Assembly (NCBI GenBank): GCA_963840855.1 | Contig: CAWJBB010000051.1 | Location: 32,001 to 96,000, forward strand | Direction of reading: 5' to 3' | DNA: 64,000 bases | DNA from: an uncultured delta proteobacterium | GTDB lineage: Bacteria > Desulfobacterota > Binatia > UBA9968 | Part shown: piece after piece, positions 56,338 to 64,000 of the stretch | How the letters are laid out: each line of letters starts with the position of its first letter | Numbering within the stretch: position 1 is the stretch's first letter | The notes under the pieces: model-generated | Seen by the model: the letters and a program-made list of their open reading frames with translations, nothing else | Database searches by the model: none | What the model was told of the DNA's origin: nothing | Translations under genes and position numbers: made by a program

Positions 56338-57258
56338 CTAGACTCGCTCCACGACGCGAAGCTTTGCGGAGCGAGCCCGGGGATTGCTTCGGCATTCCGC
56401 CGCCGAAGGCGTTACCGGCCTCGTCGTCAACAGTTTCGCCTTACGGCTCCAGCCGCAGGTGCACGCCGGTGCGCGCGGCGGGCAGAGACAGTTGCGGCTC
56501 CACTTGCGAAAAGCCGACTTCACCAACCGGTCCTCCAGCGAGTGAAAAGAAATGACAGCCAGGCGGCCGCCGGGCGCCAAAAGCTCATAGCCATTTTCCA
56601 AAAAACTCGCCAAGTGATCGAGCTCCTGATTCACCGCGATCCTGAGCGCCTGAAAACTTTGTGTCGCGGGGTGGCGGTTACCGGCGCGGCCGCCTTTGGC
56701 CCGCGCGATCAATGCCGCAAGTCCGCCGGTGGTCTCAATGGGCCGCGCGGCGACAATCGCCGAGGCGATGCGCCGCGCTCGCGGCTCCTCACCATAGATT
56801 TTGAGAATGCGTTCCAGTTCCGCCCCGGAGTAGCGGTTGACGATCTCATAGGCATCCAGTCGTTGGCGGCGGTCCATGCGCATATCGAGTCGCGCCGACG
56901 AGCGAAAACTAAAACCACGCTCTGGCGTATCGAGATGGTGCGATGAGAGGCCAAGGTCTAAAATCACTCCGTCTACCGATTGCCAATGCAGCTCCGTTAA
57001 GATTTCCCCCGCCGCCGCGAAGCTCGCCTGACGCGCTGCGAGCCGCGCGCCAAAATGACTCAGATGAAGCTGCGCCGCCGCCAGCGCTTCATCGTCCCTA
57101 TCCAATCCCAAGACCAGCCCATCTGGGCTGCTTTCAATCAGAAGTCGCTCTGTATGGCCGCCTCCACCCAAGGTGCCGTCGAGATAGCGTTTGCCCGGTT
57201 CGGGTTTGAGAAACTCGATGACCTCGCGGGCCAGCACCGAAACATGCGCGAACGCCAT
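56338..57258 (-). CDS. rsmH: 16S rRNA m4C1402 methyltransferase
   Basis: DGTLGGGGH, DLGLSS, FHSLEDR, NPRARSAKLR. Confidence 0.97.
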   Translation of the reverse strand: MAFAHVSVLAREVIEFLKPEPGKRYLDGTLGGGGHTERLLIESSPDGLVLGLDRDDEALAAAQLHLSHFGARLAARQASFAAAGEILTELHWQSVDGVILDLGLSSHHLDTPERGFSFRSSARLDMRMDRRQRLDAYEIVNRYSGAELERILKIYGEEPRARRIASAIVAARPIETTGGLAALIARAKGGRAGNRHPATQSFQALRIAVNQELDHLASFLENGYELLAPGGRLAVISFHSLEDRLVKSAFRKWSRNCLCPPRAPACTCGWSRKAKLLTTRPVTPSAAECRSNPRARSAKLRVVERV

Positions 57259-57621
57259 TTAGTGACTGGTTCCATCCCCCTCCCAGTCGTCGTCAAAGCT
57301 TTCGATGGCGTCCTCGAGGGAGGTGTATTCTTCAAAGACCCGGTCCATCCCCACCACCTTGAAAATATCGCGGAGAAAGGGGCTCATGCCGGCAAGCTTG
57401 AGATCACCATTGAGATGTCTCAAAAGCTTGAGCCGCTCGATCAGCACGCCGATGCTGAGATAGTTGATGTGGTCCACCGACTTGAGATTGATGACGACCT
57501 TGATGCGCTCCTTTTCGATCAATGATCCGATGGTGTCCTTGATGCGTATCATCTCACGAAAGTCGATATCGCCGGTGACATCGATCACCGAAATATCTTG
57601 GATCGGTTTGCGGGGGAACAT
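57259..57621 (-). CDS. STAS-domain (anti-sigma antagonist-like) protein
   Basis: DVTGDID, VVINLKSVDHI, GDLKLAG, EDAIESF; GAAAGGAGAG SD region. Confidence 0.85.
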   Translation of the reverse strand: MFPRKPIQDISVIDVTGDIDFREMIRIKDTIGSLIEKERIKVVINLKSVDHINYLSIGVLIERLKLLRHLNGDLKLAGMSPFLRDIFKVVGMDRVFEEYTSLEDAIESFDDDWEGDGTSH

Positions 57622-57672
57622 TCCTCGCTCTCCTTTCATCGAGGGGAAACTTTCTTGTGCCACTCGATCTCC

Positions 57673-58125
57673 TCACAAGCCCAGGTTGCCGAAGGACTCG
57701 GGATTCTGCGTAAACTTCTCCTCCGCGTCGGCAAAAACCTTATTCCAGGTTTCCTGGTCCCAGACGCGAAACTTTTCCACCGCCGAGACCAAAACCACAT
57801 CGCGTTGCAGATTGGCGTATTTTCTGAGCGTCGGTGGAATCAAAATGCGCCATTGGTTATCTAAGCTGCATTCTTGGGCGCGACCGAGATAGTAATTCTC
57901 AAAGTCATTGACCTCTAAACCAAACCGCTGCTTGCCGCGCACTTTTTCTTCCAGGCGCTGCCACTCGTCCAACGGATATACGTCGAGACAGCGCGCGCCG
58001 CTCGTGATGAAATTCGTGATCATGATCCGGTTATCATTTTTTCCGGAGAGCACATCGCGAAACTTCGATGGCAGGCTCAAACGCCCCTTGGCATCAAGTG
58101 TATGTTCAAAACTACCGCGAAACAT
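57673..58125 (-). CDS. mraZ: Division/cell wall cluster repressor MraZ
   Basis: MFRG..EHTLDAKGRL; second D..WRILIP repeat. Confidence 0.95.
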   Translation of the reverse strand: MFRGSFEHTLDAKGRLSLPSKFRDVLSGKNDNRIMITNFITSGARCLDVYPLDEWQRLEEKVRGKQRFGLEVNDFENYYLGRAQECSLDNQWRILIPPTLRKYANLQRDVVLVSAVEKFRVWDQETWNKVFADAEEKFTQNPESFGNLGL

Positions 58126-58165
58126 CGGCTACTGCGCTCAAATAAAAAATTTTAGGGCTTAACAA

Positions 58166-58219
58166 CCACATAATTCCACATGAGGCCACAGTTATAACTT
58201 CTCGCATCTCCTCTGTCAA
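58166..58219 (-). promoter_or_regulatory. mraZ/dcw promoter with three MraZ-box repeats
   Basis: TTGACA-17-TATAAC followed by TGTGG three times at exact 10-bp spacing (58186, 58176, 58166). Confidence 0.85.
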
Positions 58220-58461
58220 CATAAATTTATAGAATTAAAAGATTTTTTTTGATTTCGCCGTCAATTTTTTGACGCCCTTTACTGACCGGTTTCATGCCCA
58301 ATTGGCGGTAAATTCGGGAACCCTTTACTCTAGAGGGCATGAAAAGGGACGGGTGGGATATTAGCCCTGAAAATCACCGGCTAGATCTGGTGCTGCCAAG
58401 GGTCAGTAGCCCCGGCAACGATTTCAGCTGTTTTCTTAACGAGCGATGGCGATCTGGTGCA

Positions 58462-58828
58462 GGCTAAAGTGGATCGATAAGCCGGATTCTGTCATGGCTC
58501 GCAAAAGGAGCCACAGCGATCATTCATCTTGCCGCGCGATTGCTTGCGCGGTCGAGCGACCTTACCCGAGGGCTATGGGCGGACCGCCCGACCCTCCTAT
58601 TCGGTCTTGCTCCGGGTAGGGTTTGCCATGCGTCCACCATCACTGGTGGACCGGTGAGCTCTTACCTCGCCTTTTCAACCTTACCCGCCGCCGAAACGAC
58701 AGGCGGTATGTTTTCTGTGGTACTTTCCCCCGATCTCTCGGGGCCGCCGTTAGCGGCTACCCTGTCCTATGGAGTCCGGACTTTCCTCCCCTCGTTTAAG
58801 AAGGGCGATCGCTTGATCCACTTTAGCC
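58462..58828 (-). ncRNA. rnpB: RNase P RNA, type A
   Basis: GAGGAAAGTCCGGACTCC and ACAGAATCCGGCTTAT on the minus strand; P1 helix closes both ends. Confidence 0.96.
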
Positions 58829-58944
58829 CGCGCGACGTTGTTTGAGGGCGTCGTCGATGCCGCGGTTGGCAAGCTTGTCGGCTAATTTGTTCGCCTCCCG
58901 CCGCACGTGAACAATAGTACAGCTGTCAAAGTGGCGCAACTTTT
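58823..58944 (-). pseudogene. rnhA: RNase HI C-terminal remnant
   Basis: KLRHFDSCTIVHVRREANKLADKLANRGID; N-terminal part absent. Confidence 0.7.
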
Positions 58945-58976
58945 ACGCGGCGGCGGCGCTGGACGCGAAACGAGGC

Positions 58977-59705
58977 CTAAGCCGACTTTACCGCTTCTTC
59001 CGCGGGTTTGTAGTGGAGAATGCGCTGACAACTGGGACAGAGGTGAACCTTCTCGCTCCTGATAATCTCGTTCCACAACTGCGGCGGGACATTCATGTAA
59101 CAGCCCTGGCAAATACCGCCGGTAACCTGCACCACCGCGGTGCCGCCGCGCCGCGAAAAAATCAGCTCATAGCGAGAAATCAAATCGCCCGCAACTTGCG
59201 CAGCAATGGTTTGCCGGCGCGTCGCCGCCTCCGACACGGCTTGGTCAATGCCGGTGATTTGCGATCGTAACTCCTCCTGCTCCTGATCCCACTCCGCCTG
59301 CAATTTCGCCAGCTCTTCTTCTTTGCCCTTGATCTCGGAACTGGCACGGTCGGTTTCTTCCATCAGTTTGATCAGCTCTTCCTCGCGCTCGCTGTTGCCT
59401 TGCTTGATAAGATCGATTTCCCGTTGCAGCGCCATAAGCTCCTTCGAATTCTTGATCCGATTCATGCGCATTCGCCGGTCCGTCGCCTTTTTGCCTTCGT
59501 CCTGAAAAACGCGATCTTTTTCCTGGCGCAGCTTTTCGGTTTCGGCCAACACCAATGACAGTTTTACAATTTCCCGTTTCTTAATTTGAATTTCCTGCTC
59601 CTTGGCTTGAAGTTCGCCCAGCAAATCTTGCTTCTTGCCATGATGTTGTTTGATCTCGCGATCCACAGTTTGCAACGACGCGAGGATTTCAATTTGCGCG
59701 CTCAA
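58977..59705 (-). CDS. Coiled-coil C4 zinc-ribbon protein (DUF164-like)
   Basis: LQTVD, long coiled coil, CQGC...CPSCQRIL. Confidence 0.9.
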   Translation of the reverse strand: MSAQIEILASLQTVDREIKQHHGKKQDLLGELQAKEQEIQIKKREIVKLSLVLAETEKLRQEKDRVFQDEGKKATDRRMRMNRIKNSKELMALQREIDLIKQGNSEREEELIKLMEETDRASSEIKGKEEELAKLQAEWDQEQEELRSQITGIDQAVSEAATRRQTIAAQVAGDLISRYELIFSRRGGTAVVQVTGGICQGCYMNVPPQLWNEIIRSEKVHLCPSCQRILHYKPAEEAVKSA

Positions 59706-59864
59706 CGTTTTCTCCTCCCTGGCAGGTTATTGAAAAACTCTGTTTGCAGGCTGCTCAAAGATATTCCAGCGGCGCGGTGCACTTCATAAGGTTGCGAGTT
59801 AACTCCAGCCCCGAGACTCTAGATAGCAACACCCATAGGACTCTTTCTAATCAGCCTGCTAGGC

Positions 59865-59895
59865 AAAAAAAAATGCACCCCGTCGGGTGCATTTT
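59865..59895 (-). terminator. Rho-independent terminator
   Basis: AAAATGCACCC-gac-GGGGTGCATTTT followed by a T run on the minus strand. Confidence 0.65.
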
Positions 59896-60050
59896 CGCGT
59901 CGTTCGTCTTCAAAACTGAATTTCGTTTAGAACCAAGCCTTGTCACACCACCAAAACTCCCAAGACTCTCTTTCTATCTCGATTCGGCGTCGATGTCAAA
60001 GCCGCCCGAGCCTCCGGAAGGCCGCGGCCATTGATCCGCGCCGCGCACTT

Positions 60051-61433
60051 TTACAGCCCCATTTTTCCCGGATTCATGATGTTGTTCGGGTCGAGAGTTT
60101 TCTTGATCTGACGCAGAACCTCGAGACCGTAGCCATGTTCTGCCACCATGAGCGGCGCCAACTTCACGCCCACGCCGTGGGTATATTCCATCGAACCACC
60201 CATGTGCTGGACAAGACGAAGCAGTTCTTCCACGGTTTCTTCCAAGACCAGCTGGGCATCGCCGCCGCCTTCATCTTCAATCATCAGCGGCATTGAAAAA
60301 AGTTCCGGTTGAATCCATAAGCCGCTCTCGTGCAAGCGCACGCCGCGCCGCTCGACAATTTCGATGGCCGCCTTTCGGAACGGCAAAACTTTCGATCCCG
60401 GCAGGGCCACGTGAATCCAATCCCGATAAACGCCGTCTCTGCTGCGCTCACGGCGTTCGCGCCGATTGCTCAGAAAACGTCTGGCAACGGAATGGCGCTC
60501 GTGCCAAAAACGCTCGGCCTCTTGTTGGGGCAAAGCCGTAGCGCCGTGCAATCCACAGATCGACAGCGCCCGCGCTTCTTCGGCCGCCGCGCTTTCTTTC
60601 ATGCCTTCAAATCCCAGGTACAACATGGCGCTGCCGTCAAATTTATCGTCGGCATCGCCGAAGTCGAGCAATGCGGGCCGCAAACTCTGGTGAAACAGCT
60701 CTTGTATCGCGTGATAGCCCGCCTCGAAAGACTCGAAAAGCAGCGCATGCAGCAGACGCACTTCGGGCTGCGGAAAAATTCTGATAGTCGCCTCCGTGAT
60801 GATTCCGAAACAACCCTCACCGCCGATAAAAAGCGCGTTCAAATCAATTCCCGCCGACGATTTCTCCACGGCTCTCGTGCGGAGAATCTCGCCATTGGGT
60901 AACACCGCCTCCAATCCCAACACCTGATCCCCCATCGAACCGTACACGCCTGCGCGATAGCCGACACTGTTGGTGGAAATCGCACCGCCGACGGTGGCTA
61001 CCGGGACGGTCCAGGGATCGTGACCCAGAATATAACCCGCTTCATTCAAGCGCTGGTCCAGCGCTTCCAGAACCACTCCCGACTGCGCCTGCGCCGAACG
61101 AGCCTCTATGTCAATTTCGATGATGCGGTTCATCGCGCGCAAATCGACGACGACGCATGGGCGAATCGACAAAGCGCCACCCATGAGACCAGACCCGCCG
61201 CCGTAGGGCATCAGCGGAATTTTTTCCGCGTTGGCAACGGCCACGACGCGGCGCACTTCTTCGCTTGACGCCGGCGCCACCGCGCAGAGCGGCGCGGCCA
61301 ATCGAGGCTGGTGTTCGGGATGCAAACGCCCCGCGCTCAGCGCATCCCATGAGAGATCGTCCAATTTTTGCGGGTCGGTGTATACCCGAGAAGGGCCGAT
61401 CAATTCCGCAAGTTTTTCGACGATGTTACTCAT
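60051..61433 (-). CDS. FAD-linked oxidase (GlcD/alkyl-DHAP synthase family)
   Basis: PYGGGSGL.GG, GHDP, GGEG.FGIIT, HGVG, DPNNIMNPGK. Confidence 0.9.
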   Translation of the reverse strand: MSNIVEKLAELIGPSRVYTDPQKLDDLSWDALSAGRLHPEHQPRLAAPLCAVAPASSEEVRRVVAVANAEKIPLMPYGGGSGLMGGALSIRPCVVVDLRAMNRIIEIDIEARSAQAQSGVVLEALDQRLNEAGYILGHDPWTVPVATVGGAISTNSVGYRAGVYGSMGDQVLGLEAVLPNGEILRTRAVEKSSAGIDLNALFIGGEGCFGIITEATIRIFPQPEVRLLHALLFESFEAGYHAIQELFHQSLRPALLDFGDADDKFDGSAMLYLGFEGMKESAAAEEARALSICGLHGATALPQQEAERFWHERHSVARRFLSNRRERRERSRDGVYRDWIHVALPGSKVLPFRKAAIEIVERRGVRLHESGLWIQPELFSMPLMIEDEGGGDAQLVLEETVEELLRLVQHMGGSMEYTHGVGVKLAPLMVAEHGYGLEVLRQIKKTLDPNNIMNPGKMGL

Positions 61434-61569
61434 AGAGAGATGCGCTCAGTAATTGACGATTCAAGTGACAAAAACTATAGCGCAATCGCTGCTTACGAGG
61501 AAGCGGACAACGGCGAGGCGAAATGACGTTGAGAGTTGGGTTGCTGAGCCGAGGCGGTGCGGACTCGAA

Positions 61570-62884
61570 TTATAACAGCGTGCCGCGCAAAACCACGGCA
61601 GCAATCGTGAAGTAGATGACCAGGCCCGTGACATCGACCAAAGTCGCCACGAACGGCGCGGAGGCGCTCGCCGGGTCAAAACCGCAACCGCGCAGAACAA
61701 AAGGCAGGATCGAACCGGCCACCGCGCCCCACAATACGACTCCAATTAAGCTCAGCGCCACCGTCGAAGCCACCAGGAAGTAATGGTCGCCGTAGGCGTT
61801 GAACCACCATTGCCAGAGCAGGATACGAACCAGACCCGAGAGTGGCCAGAATCAGCCCCAGCCCCAAACCCGTCACGACTTCGCGCCGAATCACCCGCCA
61901 CCAATCGCGTAGCCTTACCTCTCCCAGCGCCATCGCCCGGATCACCAACGTCGTGGCTTGGGAGCCGGAATTGCCGCCGCTGCTGATAATGAGCGGAACG
62001 AACAACGCCAGAACCACGGCCCTGGTAATTTCCGCCTCGAACCGGCCCATCGCCGTCGCCGTAAGCATTTCACCGAGAAATAGCGCGGCCAACCACCCGG
62101 CCCGCTTCTTGATCATTCGCGCCAGAGAGATCTGCAAGTAGGGTTCATCCAGGGTCGCGACCGCGCCGAGCTTTTGCATATCCTCGGTGGCCTCCTCCTG
62201 CACCACATCGACGATATCGTTGACGCTTACCACGCCTTTGATGCGGCCCGCCGAATCGACAATCGGCATCATAAGCAGATGATGGCGCATGAAAAGCTTG
62301 CTGAGCGCCTCCTGATCGAGATCGTCCCGCGCCGATATCACCTCGGTGCGCATTACCTCGCCGACCCGTTTGTCACCCGGCGCGACAATCAGATCGCGAA
62401 AAGAGACCACGCCAAGGAGCCGTTCCTCAGCGTCAACGACATAGACATAATAGACCGTCTTCTCCCGCGCGCGTGCGTCTCGTTTCAAGTAACTGATCGC
62501 CTCGTCCACGGTCATATCCACCCGCAACCGCGAGTAGCGGGTGTTCATCAGCCCGCCGGCTTCGTCCTCCGCATAGTCGAGAAGGCCTTTGACTTCCCGC
62601 TGCGTGAAATCGTCGAGCAGCGATACAAGATGATCACGCTGAGCGGCCGGGGCTTCTTGAATAACATCCGCAGCATCATCGGGCGCAAGCAGTCTCAACC
62701 ACAACCGCTGCTCTCCTGGTGAGAGCGCTACTATCAGCTCGGCCCGGTCGCGCGCGCTTAGTTGCCGGAAAAAATCATCGGCCTCGTCTCTTTGCAGTAA
62801 TTCAAAGCCTTCGACGCGTTCGGTCAATGAGAGTACCGGCCACGCGTCGTAAAGTTCGGCAGCGGTAAAGTTCTTTTCGGCCAT
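61570..62884 (-). CDS. mgtE: Magnesium transporter (frameshift near 61830)
   Basis: CBS pair, SSGGNSGSQ, DPASASAPFVATLVDVTG. Confidence 0.93.
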
Positions 62885-63006
62885 CGGCAAACCAAGCACT
62901 GCGGTAAGCCCACAAATTACCACAGTGCCGAAGCGAATACCGAATAAAATCTGCTGCCGGGTTGCGGCCGAGATTCTGGCGCAGGGCGGCGTGAGTTGGT
63001 TATGGG

Positions 63007-63465
63007 TCAGTAACCTTCGATGATGCAGCTCTCATCGCTATTGGCGCAAATCGAGTTGGCAGTTTGCAGGGGAATCTTGTGAGTGCCGCTGATGTGATCG
63101 AGAAAACCCACCCGGCTGACGAATCCGACGTGATGCACATGGCAATAAAACGGTTCGCTGGTCACTACCGTGACCGGTGCATAGTAGGGGTAATATGTGT
63201 ATGGCGTGACAATAATGACAGAACGCGGATCATTGCGAAAATAATGATGGGGATAAAAGTTGTGACGATAGTAAAAAGGGTAGTGCGGTCCGACCGGCGA
63301 AGACGGCCTCCAATGGCGCTGTATGTCATTGCGGGGCGCCCCGCCCACAAAGCCGCGGCCAACCCTTCCCGGGCCAGTCGCGCCAAGACGGCCGCCCGCG
63401 GTAATCTCTCCCGAAAGCAACAAGATGAGACCCAATGCGAACGTCAAGGTCAAAATGCGTTTCAT
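63007..63465 (-). CDS. Secreted Gly/Tyr/Pro/His-rich hypothetical protein
   Basis: Signal peptide, low-complexity middle, C-terminal C/H cluster; GGAGGT SD. Confidence 0.65.
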   Translation of the reverse strand: MKRILTLTFALGLILLLSGEITAGGRLGATGPGRVGRGFVGGAPRNDIQRHWRPSSPVGPHYPFYYRHNFYPHHYFRNDPRSVIIVTPYTYYPYYAPVTVVTSEPFYCHVHHVGFVSRVGFLDHISGTHKIPLQTANSICANSDESCIIEGY

Positions 63466-63740
63466 CGGCGACCTCCAGCTTTCTCGACAAAAAACGGATC
63501 AATGAACCCGCCGGTCAATCCTATGTTAGACGTCTGCCACGACCAATTCATAACATAGCGCAGCCGATGAGGAAACCGCGAGTCATCCGGTTCAGTGTTC
63601 AACGGTACGCGCCTGTGGCGCTCGGTTCAAAGTTCAATGTTTAAGGTTCAAGGGGGGACGTTGAACTTTGAACGTTGAACCTTGAACAGGCCTTGTTTGC
63701 TTGCGAAACCGGCGCAGGCTAAGGTTCGTCGTTGATCGCC

Positions 63741-64000
63741 ATGCTTGCCATCCTGCTCGCGCTCATCGGCTCGTTCTGGTTTGCATTTTCAATGGTTGTC
63801 ATCAACCGCGGCGTACTCTCCATCGATTACTTCCGCGGTCTGCTCGCCAATCTAGGCGCCAACACGTTGTTTATCTGGCTTTACGTCTTTCTGTTCGTCG
63901 ACGAAATCGATCTATGGCGGCCTGTCAATCTGGTCTTTGTTGCCGTAGGCATCTTCGTTCCCGGCGTGGCGCGCTTTTTTATTTTCAAGAGCATGGAACG
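63741..64000 (+). CDS. EamA/DMT transporter, N-terminal part
   Basis: MLAILLALIGSFWFAFSMVV...FVAVGIFVPGVARFF hydrophobic pattern. Confidence 0.7.
   Translation, partial: MLAILLALIGSFWFAFSMVVINRGVLSIDYFRGLLANLGANTLFIWLYVFLFVDEIDLWRPVNLVFVAVGIFVPGVARFFIFKSME

Overview
Bacterial chromosome segment of moderately high GC. Gene style and order suggest a Deltaproteobacteria/Binatota-like organism (inference). Left to right: GT-C and GT2 glycosyltransferases, a lipoyl-domain protein, GST and a Ca2+/cation antiporter; a ~7.2 kb satellite-like integrative element in tRNA-Ala(CGC) (49-bp att repeats, tyrosine integrase whose ORF starts inside the att core, HTH, Rap1a-like protein, D5/SF3 helicase, decayed HGGxSTG-like gene); galU, dksA, an MBL-fold protein and AMMECR1; an accessory block with IS21, two Fur homologues, katG and an IS110 left-end remnant, ending in a tRNA-Leu 3' fragment; housekeeping genes (alr, purH, purD, tsaC, OCD, pepF, nagZ, gshA, mtnA, acpS, htrA, livK, ddl); the dcw cluster with a STAS gene between mraZ and rsmH; then rnpB, a truncated rnhA, a Zn-ribbon protein, an FAD oxidase, mgtE and an EamA transporter. 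Many single-base frameshifts, including in essential genes, and several abrupt internal deletions suggest an error-prone long-read consensus, so pseudogene calls are tentative. No CRISPR array or rRNA was seen.
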